Source: Owenia fusiformis
Lineage: Eukaryota
Assembly (NCBI GenBank): GCA_903813345.2
Contig: CAIIXF020000001.1
Span: forward strand, 22,940,001-23,004,000
Direction: 5' to 3'
DNA: 64,000 nt
Shown: one piece after another, positions 12,813 through 26,900 of the stretch
Numbering within the stretch: position 1 is the stretch's first letter
Layout: each line of letters begins with the position of its first letter
The notes under the pieces: model-generated
The model's input: the letters and a program-made list of their open reading frames with translations, nothing else
Databases searched by the model: none
What the model was told of the DNA's origin: nothing
Program-made: the position numbers and the translations under genes

Positions 12813-14857
12813 TGGTTAGACACCCTTTTCTGGAAAAAAACATATTAAATGAAGCCACAAACTTTGTCCTATAGTGAGGGCATCGGGGAAGAACTGTACA
12901 TGTAAAATTGTATGAAGGTATCTTGCCCATTTCTTAAGTTATCACTTTTGACATAGGGGTCGTTCAAAATAATTTGCGGCTAATAATTTCAAACGATAAC
13001 GTTGACTCTATTTACATTTTTATTTTTACAATTCAATACTTATATCCAAGGAAACATGCTTATTGTTTGTTTGACACAAAAATGTGATAAATAATATCTT
13101 ATTTGAAATCAAACCGGACTTATTGAACGATTAATGAAAATAATTTAATTTTTTATTCCTTTGATTGCTCAGGTTACGAATTAATGCCAATATAGTTCCA
13201 ATGATGCCGCTTGCGAATTTATAAAATATATTTGTGTTTCCTCTGCAATTCAAGAAAAACCATCGCCATATGGATGTTTCAATTTTCGAATTGTGTATTT
13301 TTTGAAATATCAATTATCGTTAATTGGCCTATCAGGTACTTGTACATAAGGATAATATGAAATTGAACCAAGATAACCGATGAACATTCAAGTTTAAGGG
13401 AACTTTCTAATACCCTGCCATGTTATTTACCCAGAATTAGCCACCTGGTGGTGAAACTGGGAAGAATCCTACTCGCATCTCTGGGTAACTAGAACAGTTT
13501 CTTATTGAAAAGGAAATTACTTTTAACAATTCAATACAATGAGATAATGAAACAGTTTTCCTTAACTCAATTCCATCGCTAAGTCTGACGTCTAGTTAAC
13601 AAAAATATGTACATGAAAAATAAAAAACGGTTAACAGTGTTGATGTTTTGATGTATCCCATTTTTAGTGTTGTGGATGTGTTGTTCAATTAAAAAATCTA
13701 TTAAATTAAGATTTAAATTCCTAAATAAATGTAGAATATATCAATTTTATATGATATATTTCGCGCGGTGAAATTCCATAAACCCAGCATCAACTTACCT
13801 AAATTAAAACTTGTGAAAAGCCATACCCATAACCATACCATGTCGGATCTACTGCATCCCCGTTTTCCAATCTAAATTAATCCTTTTGTGCTTAAAATCT
13901 TGTCTCATATAATCTCAATTCCCCTGTGAGTAAATTAGCTGAGGTGGTGTTGTCTTTCTAGAAGTCAAAACAAACGTAGTGTTCTTCATAATCATCTATT
14001 AGAGCATATTCCTCAACAGACGGTTAATGTGTATTATATGTATGCTTTGAGTATTTCTTAAATAGCACTTACAGGGGCTGTTTATATTTCCATAGAGAAT
14101 CAGGAAAAACCTGCGGTAAGAACACAGTCGTTGAATGAACATTTGATAAACTGGTAAAGAGTTCTTTTAGAGTTCTTTTCTTCCCTGTTCTAAGAGCAGT
14201 TCCCTAGAAACTAATAGCGTTCGATTAATGGATTATGTTGTTGTGCTACCAGCTCCTGGTGTTTAGATTAGAAAAATTGGATTAAAAAATAGATAATTCT
14301 GCTTACATGACATTACGGCTAAAAATGCCGTTATACAGCGATTGTTGACTTTTGCTTAATTCATGAATTGAACAAAAGCGACCATATTGGATTTAACTAA
14401 CAGTTAGCCAAACAATAATGGCGCCTGTTCAGAACCGGGAAACTTCATAAAATGGTTATAGCACGCTGTTATACAGAAACTTATTTCCAAAATGTCTGTA
14501 CTTTAAGTCTTTAATACTGTCATTAATTTTTTTTTACAAGTCATTGAAACCATGGAGGAATATAAGGCCTTAGATGACAAAGATATCGGCTTGGATTTAA
14601 ATCCGTTGGTCTGAAATTGTCCAAACCCCCGTCCAGACCCAACTTTTGTTAAGGTTTTATTAATCAAATATAGAACCATTCACATATACTAGGACTTAGG
14701 CATGATATATCACATTCAAGCCAACTTGACAGAGTATTTGATATCATATTGATTCCTATTTTTTTTCAAATTCATAATCAGCGAAAAATGTCATCGTAAG
14801 AACCTTGTGAAAAAGTTTCTGGTTGAATTTCATTTTTAGAGATATTGTTGAAAATCT

Positions 14858-15218
14858 CTACCCTGTGCGCAGAGTCTGATGGTAACAAATACGCACCTAT
14901 AGGTTACATAAACAACGTTTATATACAAAAAAAATTATGTTGAAACAAACTTACCAAGACCCCATAGAAAAGTTTTAGCATCTTTAAGGTGCCTTTAAAT
15001 ATTGAAATAGGACGATATACTAATCCTAAAACACCATTACAGGAACGGTTATGCAAAATGTGCAATTCTCAGGTTGTTACATATTTGTTGACTTGTATTT
15101 TATTTATGTATTTTAATTGTATGATATGTGTGTGACTTTAACAAACTATTTTAACTAACTAGCTATAAACTTGACGAAGCTCCCTTTTAAGAAGTGAAGT
15201 CAAACGAATGCAAAGGGT
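14858..15218. mobile_element. Short-TIR element; internally deleted derivative at 21350-21428
   Basis: CTACCCTGTGCGCAGAGTCT…GACGAAGCTCCCTTTTAAGAAGTGAAGTCAAACGAATGCAAAGGGTAG. Both ends recur juxtaposed at 21350-21428. Confidence 0.55.
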
Positions 15219-16849
15219 AGATAATCTCTTGTTATGTGTTAAAATAATTTTAACTCAATTTAACCGCTAACGCACATTTTCTCAATCGACTTTGAAATCG
15301 GGCTCCAAATCTCATTCAAATTGATTTAGCCCTTAAATCTTAAATCACAAGTACTAAATTTATCTATTAACGAAAGGTACAGGTATGTCGGCGTAGTCGC
15401 CAATACGTGCATTTCTACTGTCATACTTAAGTTCACTATCATGATACCTATTTAATGATATTCTGGCAATGATTTCTAAAGTTTAAGTTACCCTTTCGGT
15501 TCTAATTATAAATTGACGACATTTCTGAATCTAAAATATTGAAAAGCCTCCATATTCACGACAGTCATAAAAGGGTAAAAAGGTTTGGGTTACAACCTCC
15601 CTAAACTTCATCAAAATTAAAGTTACAGTATCTTTCACCTTATTTATTGGACACCCTCATCCCGCTGTATATGTTAAGTCCCTTCTCTTAGCACCGTAGT
15701 AAAAATCGGAGCAAATGTGACCACGGCATTACCTACCCAAATGGCCTCCTAAATATAACACGGTTATTAAACAGCTAAAACTGCAATTTATAAACCGGTG
15801 TTACATTCAGAACGTGTTATTTCGCCTTAATACTGAGATAATTGCAGTTTATGAATTGATCTTACATGTTCGACAACAATTTACTGAGATCGATTTTCCT
15901 GTTCCCTGCAATTGTACTCTAAAGAATAATAACATACTTTACAATTTCTCCTAGCTAGAGTGGCAGTTAACTCATTATATGTCATAACTCCACACTTTTC
16001 CCTTGTGAACAATGGGCTGGTTCATAGAGTAACGGGACTTTGAAGAGTCGGGAAAAGAGCCAGGGCACAAACAAAGCTCAATATTTTATCGCATGTTCTG
16101 AAGGTAATGCAAAGACACCGTTGAAGAATAAAGCATAGAGAGAAAAGGATAGCGAACCTTAATCATCACCTAATTAACAACTCTTCTTGACCGAACGTAC
16201 AAATAAAAGTGTCTAACCCCAAACACCTCCTCCAATCAGCAGAATCACAATACCATATGACAAAGTACGCACACAAAAATTCCAGCTGTAATAAAACCAT
16301 ACTGAATAAATGAAATCATTCGAATGTGGCTATCCGAAACGAAGATCACTTTCTCTATTACCCCGAATGATCCAACTTAGATCAGCAACGCATGCGCATG
16401 ATAACCACTGGTAATAGGCCAATCACTCCTATTTGTAATTATGAGACGATGCATAATCACTAATAATCACTATGGAAAATGAGAACTAACTAGATACTGT
16501 AACATCGACGCAAAAGCGTAGCAAATCCCATTGAACAGCCATGGCTGCCATATTTACAAAATCCTTCAACTTACCTATTCAATTGGAGCAAAAATTGTAA
16601 AATAACACACATAAAAATGACCACCACTTTCAAAACTGTCGCTCACTAGCAAAATTGTCATTAGAAAGTGTAATATGCTTCGAAGTGCACATGTAAATGG
16701 AGGCCATTTTGAAAAATGGCCGCCTACTAACCAAAGTGCCATATAAGACAGTGTATCATGCTTATGGACATTCAAATATCAAATATGAACAAAATAACTT
16801 TTTAATTACTTTTTGAGTTACAGTAAAAAAACATAAAATAACACACATA

Positions 16850-17900
16850 CAGGGTGTTCCAAAAGTAACAGGACTGGTGCTGGCATCTTGTTGAATATGC
16901 ACCAATCATCTTCAAAATTTTACATGATGTACTTCCATGTATTGTTACTAAGACTGCACAGTTTCGACAAAAATTATGAAACTTGGGTAGAGTTATGGTT
17001 GCTATGATAACATGACATCACACTACCCGGGGCAACATTCCATGCAGAAAGTTACAGAGACTTTAAGCATTTTGTACATCCCTTATCAAAGCTAGAATCC
17101 AACAACTGGTGGGAATTGCATTGGCTAAATACATCATTTGATATTCCTATGTATCCTCTACTTTGAAAAGTAGGGTCCTCTTTGGTCAGTCCAAGAGTAG
17201 CACTCAGTATCCATGACTCAAACACATGAGTAAACCCATTTGATGACATGTCACGCAGGGTCAAAAGGACAACTTGGAGAAGGTCATTCTCATCTTTAAC
17301 GGTCTTACCGCGCTGATTAGCATTCCATTCTCCAAATAAAAGTAAAAATTAGATATTGCATGATCAGAAGAGTATAGTGCATGGTATTAGACCTCAAGAC
17401 CTAGCTCCGCTATAGCTGCAGCGGTCTTTAATTCTGACTTGCGGGCAGACGCCTTATCAAGGTGGATAATTGGCTTAAAATTGCGTCTTTTCAAAAACTC
17501 AATCGTAAATTGTGCAGACTGTTATACATGATGATATTTCAGGAAATTGAATAAATATTATTATTATGAAATCATACTTGAATCTGAGTTGTATAGCAAC
17601 ACCATTACTATAAAGCAACTAATAAAACAAACAAGAAATGTTGTATTGTAATAGGTGAATCAGATACTTTCTTCAGTAATATAAAAATGTTAGATATTAC
17701 ATTTTCGTGAAAAAGTTGCCCCGGGTATCGTAATGTCACGTTACTATAGTAACCATAACTTTACCCGCATTTTATCATTTTTTCTGAAACTTTACAATTT
17801 TAGTTGCACTACTTCAAGGTACCATTTGTGAAAATTTGAACAAACTCGGTGCAGAATTGACAAAATGCCAGCACCAGTCCTGTTACTTTTGGACGCCCTG
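16850..17900. mobile_element. Non-autonomous Tc1/mariner element (TA TSD) inserted in an older GGCCATTTTGAAA-type repeat (~16540-18320)
   Basis: TA|CAGGGTGTTCCAAAAGTAACAGGACTGGTGCTGGCA… and …TGCCAGCACCAGTCCTGTTACTTTTGGACGCCCTG|TA. A solo end occurs at ~44770-44866. Confidence 0.85.
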
Positions 17901-19925
17901 TAAAGCTTATGAGTATACACATATCAAATATGAACAAAATCTACTAATTTTTAAGTTGAAGCAAATAGCTTGTAAAGGCCCCCATTTTTCAAGATGGCTT
18001 TCAGTATTTCTTAAATATCTACATTTCAAGCTTTATATATGTCCAATATAATTTTTTTACTTTTAAAACATATTGCTATTACAGTTTTATGTACAGTACC
18101 TAAATTACTGTAAAATCGGCCTTAAATTGGCTGCCATTTTTAAACGAGTAGCCATTTTGAAAATCGGCCTTCGAGCAGAACTCTACCGCCATAGAGCATA
18201 TCGTATGTGTACAAAATATGAACAAAATTGGGCCAACGGTATTTGAGTTATCACCCCGACGGACGATCGGACGGAGACGTTCCCTATATCCCTCCGAACT
18301 TCGTTCAATGGGATAACTACTGCACTTAATCCACTGGATCTGAAGATAGTGTATATTGGCAAAAATTGTTTAATACAATGTTTTTTTGACTTTCCTAATA
18401 AACTTGACATCAGATATTGAAAGTTATTTGGGCTCATTGGTATAGAGTATTGAATTGCAAGAGATACGTGATGTTCTGGGTAGACTTGGTGTTTGTCGAA
18501 CATGAGCATTGTGATTTATGAAGTGAAGTTGAACGCACTCTGCAGTGCATTGTACACTCCAAAGGTTTCACAACCCTAGCTCCGACATTTGTGTTAAGAC
18601 TGTCATTTGAATTTTATCTACATAATGAGAATATTAGTTTGGGGTTTGAAAATAGAAATTGATTTTTTAACATGTTTTCTTTCATAACAAAAGGTCGAAA
18701 ATTATATTATAAATTATTCCCCGTCAAGGAGGATTGGCTCCCAGAATGCAACACCGATATTCTGCAAAACAATCACCTAGCGATAGCTTTGTTGGAGAGT
18801 ATCGGGTCATTCTCCATGCAGTCGTACAAATTATACAGACACGAATAGCAAATGACGCATGCGTGGAGATTAAAGAATATCGAGTTGGAACCCTGGCTTC
18901 CAATCCTCCTTGTCCCCGTGTAAACCTTTGGGTTCAAGATAAATATATAACTAAATGTTCGGAAAAATATTCACAAAAAATAGTTTTTATATAGAGAACG
19001 CTTTGTTGAGAAAGTAACAAAGCCTCGATATCATTAGGAATATCGTTTAGTGTCATTTCATTTTTTTCTAAATAGACTTTAGCTTTAATTATAAACAAGG
19101 ATTTAATGTAAATATAGTGTCGCAGTGATCCGCGCATGCGCCAGGCACATTCCATATGTATGGGAACGGCGAATTTAAAAAATCTAGAAATTCGTTATCG
19201 ACGGAACTATTGGAATTGAAGATTTTTTAAATAATTGGAGAGATTGCATTTGATGTCAGCATATATTTAGAGTATTTTTCTCAGCTGGCAAACAAATTCA
19301 AACAATAGCGCATTTAACACAATGAGATTTAGGGATGCCAAACATTTGGCAGGAAGTGTGTGCAACTTTTTAGTAATACCCTTGATAAAACATGACTTAT
19401 CTAATTTATTCTCGATGTGTCGATCAGTAGTGAGCTGTCATGATTTTTTATATTATTATTGGCAACCAAGGAATTCATAAATTCTAGACTTTGGCAGCAA
19501 CAGCATAATCTATATCCATTACGTAATATATTGCCATTAATGGCTTTAAACAAAGACTAGTTCGGCTCGGTTCAGAATGATTGATTGACGTTTAAAAAAT
19601 AAAGGGAGTCTCTAGTATCTAGCTGAATAAATAGATGTCACCATCAGCTTTATTTGTTTTGGTTTGGCCAGACTGCCATTGGTTTCAATGTTAAAAGCTT
19701 GCAATAGTCACTTAATTCCATCGTGTTGGTTGATTCTGTCTAAAACTCGAATGGCATATTATTGGATGACTATGTTTATGTATATTTAATTGTGTATTAA
19801 ATCATGAACATTTTAGCTGTATATTGAAACGCCTCTATACTGTATTAAATATGATTGTATATCCCGTTTGAATTTTCGTCCGATGCGAATCTAAGGCTAT
19901 AACAATGTTTACACTGGTTCTACAG

Positions 19926-20921
19926 GGTTTCTAGACAACTCATCCCGAGACAACTCATCCCAAGACAAGTCATCCCTAAGACAACTCATCCCAAGACAAC
20001 TCATCCCTAAGACAACTCATCCCAAGACATCTCATCCCAAGACAACTCATTCCAAGACATCTCATCCCAAGACATCTCATCCCAAGACAACTCATCCCAC
20101 TTGTATCATTGATAAATTATTTTGTCCTCTCAATTATATACATGTATATCCTTTTTTCATTTTTACGATTACAAAGTGATATTTGATTATACACTCAATC
20201 TCAATATTGATAATTTTTAGCATTTTGAAATGGCACTTGAAAGTTGCGTTTTACTTTTAGTACCGTCTTTTTTTATTAATTTTAGGTTATTCTTAATATA
20301 TTTGAGAAAATAGAATTGAATATATAAATCTGAAACTTTGAAATTGGAAGTCTTATTTAGGATTAAGCCAAATATGACGTAATGGAATTAAACAAAATAT
20401 TTTAAAACAAATACTAATTAATCTGGGAGAATTATTCTAATAATACCCGGATAATATATTCTTATTGCATTAATCCTAATCTGACACCCTTGATGATCTT
20501 TGATTTAATAATCAAAGTATATATTGATTTGAACTTGTTTACATTTATCCCAATCAATCAACAAAAATTAACTAAAACTAGGCTAAACTAACTACAAAAT
20601 ATAAAAGATATTCCATGGCCAAACACGGTGCGCTAACTACAAAAATCTCTAAATATTTTTCAAATATTCTTTCAAAAGTTGAAATTAATTGTATAAAATT
20701 ATGTTATATTTCAAGTTGGGGAGATTTGTCTTGGGGATGAGATGTCTTGGGATGAGTTGTCTTGGGATGAGATGTCTTGGGATGAGTTGTCTTGGGATGA
20801 GATGTCTTGGGATGAGATGTCTTGGGATGATATGTCTTGGGATGAGTTGTCTTGGGATGAGATGTCTTGGGGATGAGATGTCTTGGGATGAGTTGTCTTA
20901 GGGATGAGTTGTCCTGTTACC
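19926..20921. mobile_element. Foldback-like element with TIRs built from 15-bp tandem repeats; 8-bp TSD
   Basis: Left arm (GACAACTCATCCCAA)n at 19934-20100, right arm (TTGGGATGAGTTGTC)n at ~20720-20913. TSD TTCTACAG at 19918-19925 and 20922-20929. Confidence 0.9.
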
Positions 20922-20958
20922 TTCTACAGCTATGGTGGTTCTAGTACTTTCACTGTAC

Positions 20959-21164
20959 CAGACCCGTAGCCAGGGGGGGGGGAGTTCTATGGGTTTGAGC
21001 GAACTCGCACTCGGCCAAAAATTCTTTCAAAATCATGCAGTTTTTCATCATTCTGAGCACTTTGGAAGTGATTTTGGCCATTTTGGACCAAAATTGTCGT
21101 AAGTGAACCCCCCTGGAATTTTTCAAAAAGTGAACCCCCTTGGCAAATCCTGTCTACGGGCCTG
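20959..21164. mobile_element. CAG-terminal MITE with 6-bp TSD; relatives at ~26752-26925, 30424-30545 and 30663-30880
   Basis: CTGTAC|CAGACCCGTAGCCAGG…CCTGTCTACGGGCCTG|CTGTAC. Confidence 0.8.
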
Positions 21165-23968
21165 CTGTACTATAGTACTTCTAAGGCTATGATAAATGTA
21201 GTTAAAAGCCATATACTCCGCAGGACGTTTTCTCAAGTGGGTGCAAAATTCTTCTTCACACTTCCCAAAGTAAGGCAATTATTTTTCTTATTTTCAAGAG
21301 TGAGTACTAAGCATTTGCTTCAAAACTAGGAAAACCACTGGTATATATGTACCCTGCCTGCAGAGTCTAGTTAAACTACAGACGAAGCTCTCTTTTAAGA
21401 AGTGAAGTCAAACGAATGCAAAGGGTAGTATATACAGGTATGTATACAGACTGAGATATGTACAACAAAGATACATGTTCATTTTTCACTAAAAACTTTA
21501 TCAGTTATATTTTGAAAAGATAGGTGAATGACTACATTAAAGTAATAATAGAAGTTTATGCTTTATTATACAGGAGTAAATCAACAATTCTCCTTTTAGT
21601 AAATGCTTTATAAAAAATAAAATGTTACAAGATTATTGAAAAGTTGGTACATGTACATCAAAGTGAATCAAGACAAAGCGACAAAATATACCAGAGTTTC
21701 TCACTATTAAGCCCATGGGTGTTTATTTGAAAAGAAGGGTACATCGAAATTATCAATTAAATATCAATTTGGCAAATTGGTGAAGATTGATGATCAAATT
21801 GATGATATTTTTGCTTATCACGAGGTCCTGAAGACACTATTATCAAACAAAACTAGCTTGAATGGCAAAAAAGCCATTATATGCCAAAAACAAGTTTGTT
21901 TTCTTCGAACATATGGGGTTTATAATGAAACAAATTAAGACTGCCACATTTTCAGAAAATAGTGCAAAATTTTCACTTTGGGAATATCCTGCCCACTGAC
22001 ATGTTCCTCCGGCCTGGGAAAAATATTTTGCCGTATTTCCCTCAATCAGTCACTATTTGTATAATATCTCCATAAAAATCACCTGCCAGCCTTATATCAT
22101 AATCGGTTCTCTTGATAATAATGCAAGGGTGATCCTTTTTATTTAGGAGAAAGTCTGGTATTTCCTGCCCTAATAGACCTTTCCAATAAACAGTGCCATC
22201 TTTCAATGCACAAAAGAAGCTTGAATATATTGGCTAAATTCATGTCATAGGCTGTTTGTAGCAATGTTAACAAAGAATTAATTAGGACTTTTTTCAAAAT
22301 TAGCAATAGATTAATCCTATTGTTAACTAAGAAACTATGCGTCATTCAAATGACAACATGAATGTAGCCCATATAACCCTGCTTTATTGGTGTAACAAAA
22401 CATGGCAAATATTTCATAGTATTCATTCGATGAATGGCATTACAAGTTCATCTTTCAATTATTTACAAGATATATAACTGTATATATTATGTGTTCCCTT
22501 TTTTCCACATTAAAAATTGTAAGTAAAAACCTACTACCATACAACTGTAAAGTACCAACCAAATCTAATGAATTCATAAAATTATGCTACGCAGATAACA
22601 GGGGGGTCTCTCTCAGTTTCATTTTATACCTTATTTTAGATCCTCTTATAAATAATTATTGTATACCTTAAAATAAAAACTCTTATTCAATACCTTATAT
22701 TTTGGAGGCTCTTATACCTTATCCAAATAGACCCCCCTGCAAACAGTATGAAATATATTGTTAGTGTAGGTTGAACTGTTTTACCTCTAGGGAACCCTTA
22801 ATTGGATTAGCCAGGTATTCAACCTCAAAAATATTATATAGGAAACATCTTGGGTCCCAATTTATTCATTTTCACTGTATCGAAGTCCAATTTAAATGTA
22901 TAACCAACAGTGATAAAGTCTACAAATTATTCACATACACTGTAGAGTACATGTATATTAAAATTATTTTCATTTTAGGCTAAGGTAATTAAATAAATTG
23001 TTAAGCATATTCACTTTTTCTTTTTCAAATCAGGTGCATACAAATCGAAACTACAAAATATAAATCAGATACAACTTACACGATATTTAAAATAATCTGT
23101 GATCCAATCATAATTCAATCTATTTTAGTAATATCATCTGCTATCCTATTTGTATTCATTCAGTCTTATCTCATATTAGATAATATTAATAACTACAGTA
23201 ATTTGAAAAAATTAATGCTGAACAAAGAATTTAACTAACCCCGCCTAAAATACATGTACATACAATACACACACTTTTCACATCATTTTACCTTTCCAAA
23301 AATACAGATATATCTCACTAAAACCTACATAACATAATACTGGATGTAGGTTCTAAAATATATTTTACAGTTTATGTTATATCCTGGGACGATACGATAT
23401 TGCCCATGGAAAATATCATACTGACAAACCTAGAAGGTATAAGTCAGAGTGTCAGTTTGACAATTTTTGAGGCCTACATCATTATTAACCCACGTTCCAT
23501 CCCAAATTAAATAAGTTACTTATTCCATGAAAGCAATGAAAATCAATCTGTCTGTAAGAATTAGGGATTCTGGCACTCAATGCAATTTTTGGCTGACAAA
23601 AGATTCAAACCTGGATTACATAATATCAATTCTATTTTGATACATTTACAGACTTTATTTACCATTATTGGACATTAATTTCCATGGAATGAAGTAATTT
23701 ATTTACTTGTTCTTTGAGGAAAGATCTATAATCAGAATTCCACATTTGATTACTTAGGATCCACGATATATATATACATTCCACCTTCCACTAAAACATC
23801 TATATCGTCTCATAATTAAATTTCTTAAAATACTCAAACACTCTTTTCATTGCTGCTCTCAAGATCAAGTTGGCAGTGACAGTTAGACTGACATTCTTTG
23901 TATATGGGACTTTAATTCCTCATTGCTAGAGACTGTTGAGCCTGGGACTGGTACACCTGGGACTGGTG

Positions 23969-26900
23969 TTACTGGTATGGGGGAGGTTGTGATTGGGATT
24001 CCACTATAAATGCCTCAAAAGCATCTTGGATCTCAGTATCAAAGTCTTGATCAAATTCACTTCTGCAAACATAAATAATATATCAGTTATGGAAAACAGT
24101 GATTGCCATTTCTTACTAAACAGTACTACTACTGTACTTTTAAACTATAAACATATCTACAAATATAACATAATTCACCTTTTAGAATCGAATGTATTAG
24201 TTGATGACTTTGAGCGTAAAGAACTTTGTGATATTCAGAGTTATATCTTAAAGATTGTTTCTAAGTGTTAATCAAAATATCTCAACATTCCCCTTTTTGA
24301 CAGGGTGTAAACATATTGTCAACAGGGTGCTGGGTATACAACTGGGTTTCAATGGTAATCATGTTCAACTTACGACTGGATATATTGGCCAGCAGTGGCA
24401 GCATACTGTTCATCATCTGGATTCGACCAAGTACCTATCTGGAAAGATCCATCTGGATTTACAGCAAAGTCTGAAGAGGTGATGGATGCGCTATCATCTG
24501 GTACGGTGTAGTCATTGGTTTCATCGTGATAGCCTGCCTCTTCTCTTGTGATCACCTGACCAGTTGCGTTATAGAAGATAGGCTCAAGCTGAAATTATTA
24601 AACAGGGATATCATTAATATCATAATAGTCATTTATTTCAGTTTACTTTCTTGATCCACTGTCAAATTCAAATTTATCAAAGAGTGATGTAGAGAGGAAA
24701 ACCACAAGGAAGAAGGAATACACAAAAATACCATGTTCTTTCGAAAACTGAGAACTACATTCAACATGATTCATATGTGCAATCCAGATTCCTTCTCTTC
24801 AATGTTTAAAAAAATAAAAAATTCCATAAAATTTCCAGAGAAGAAATAAAAAATTGTACATCCCCTCACTTACTTGATTAAAAGTATTAAAATAATTGTT
24901 ATAATTACAAGTCATTCATTGACAAGTGAACATGTGTGAAATATGTCTTGAATATGGAATGCATTTCTATGTGAAAAATATGAGTGAAAAAATATGTTTA
25001 GAATATGTGTGAAATATTAGTGGAATATGCATGAAATATGAGTGTACTAGTTGTGATATATGTGCTAAATATGAAATATATGTTGAGTATATGTGAATTA
25101 TGTGGGATAATATGACTATCGTATACAAAATGTTACTCGAAATATGGTGAAATATGAATACTGTATAAGAATATGAATGTAATATGACAATCGTAGAATA
25201 TGAGTGAAATATGGCTTTGGGAAATATGAGTGCGATATGACTGAGCTAAATATGAGTGAAATATGTCTGTGGGAAATGTGAGTGAAACATGTGTGGAACC
25301 TGTTTCTTACGGTTAGATTTTCATTGAAGCTGAACTGTCCCATCTGAGATTCAAGTTTTGGTGATGGTGCTGACTCTATCCTCCCCCAGTTGCTAGCTCT
25401 TAACTCTATCAAGTCCAGCAACATTTGTTTTACAGTCCTGTAAAATGTATACATTTTATACAAGGTTATAACACAAGGTATACCAGTGAAGAAGCAGAGT
25501 ATGATATCATATATATGCTATATAATATTGTATATAAGACTGGATTATCCAATATCAGATTGTTTCTCGTGGCATCATTTTATTGCCTCATCTTATATTA
25601 CAAGAAGTGATCTGATATTCTGAATTTATTATACATGTGTTATGTTGGGTAGAACGCATGAAATAAATAATGTTAACGAACTGACTTGCTTATATTCTGA
25701 ACATCTAAAGTTTGTTGCTTTATCCTTTGTATGATATTGTCCATATGTGGGGCTGAACCATTGCTTTTCTCTTTTTCTGAATCTTCCAGGGCAGCTCCAG
25801 CAAACTGAAAAATCAAAAATCTTTCAATTCAATAACACAAAGAATAGATAACACAAAACGTCTGAAGCAATAATTCAATAGATATTATTCTTGAGTCATT
25901 AAAATAGCCAAATTAACCTGCTTCGAGTTATTGAATGGATCTAATGACATTAAAACTAATTCTTCGTTATAGCTTCAAAGAAAAATCATACATCAGCGAA
26001 CAATTGAAATAGAAAAGTTGTGAAACTGAATAACATTCAATTCAAGATTCCAGATTTGGTGAATGTTCGACTTCTAAAAAGAAAGTCAAAAGGAAGGAAG
26101 TTCTCAATTTTGATCTCCGAGAGAATCAACATCAAATCAATTTTTTTTAAATTAAATTACTCACCTTGAGTAACCTAATGGCAAATTTATAGTTGTTATC
26201 TGATGGATGGTCCAGTAATGTAAGTGTTAGATCTCTACAAGCTGTGCCTAACAGGTGAATTCTCTCATTATTTACCTGCAAAAACAAGGCATAGTGTATA
26301 ACATAATACATAACTTGATAACAGCAATGCCAAGGCATAGTAAATCCCAACAAACAGTCATGTAAAGGACTGTTATTTTTTCATATTACCCTGATTTTAA
26401 AGTTATACAAATGAAAAAAATCCCAATAAAAAGAAAATATTATCTGTCCAATGCAAGAAAAAGAGGAATCTTATCATATTTCTAATTCTAACAAGCGTCC
26501 AAGAAATTTGACAGAAAAATGATTCTGTAAATCAGAAAATTAACTGTACTGATTTGTTTTCATTTTACAGTTGACTTACTGTCATATTCATAAAAAGTTC
26601 TCCCATAAAAATCGTGAACCCATGTAGTCGATTACAATCACTGAGGCTAGATGCTAGCTCATTCCTTTTTGTATGCTCTCTTTGACACCTAAAACAGAAT
26701 TTTACTATGTATTTGTCAAGTTTTCAATAACTCAGACTGCCTTTATGGATAACAGCCCTGTATCCAGGGGATCGGAGGTGAGGTTCTATGGGGTGCAAGC
26801 AAACCCTTCCCCCCAAAAATCATTCAGTTCTTCACCATTCTGAGCACGTTTCAAGTGATTGTGGGCCAAAGTGGTCAATTGTGAACCCCCTGGAATTTTT

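Larger units (their letters stand above)
10949..13488. mobile_element. Nested transposon cluster: inverted copy of the 5008-5437 MITE split by a ~2.1-kb insertion
   Basis: Outer ends AGATGCGAGTAG (10949) and CTACTCGCATCTCTGGGTAA (to 13488). Inner element 11221-13330 has ends GGGCCAATTTAC / GTTAATTGGCCT and carries further insertions. Confidence 0.7.

Noticed and set aside
20689-20901. (LGMRC)n ORF
   Set aside because: Translation of the 15-bp TIR repeats of the foldback element.
25681-25692. Apparent GC donor (GCAAGT) at PAIP1 exon 7
   Set aside because: The frame requires a phase-2 junction, which the canonical AA|GTCAGT donor provides.
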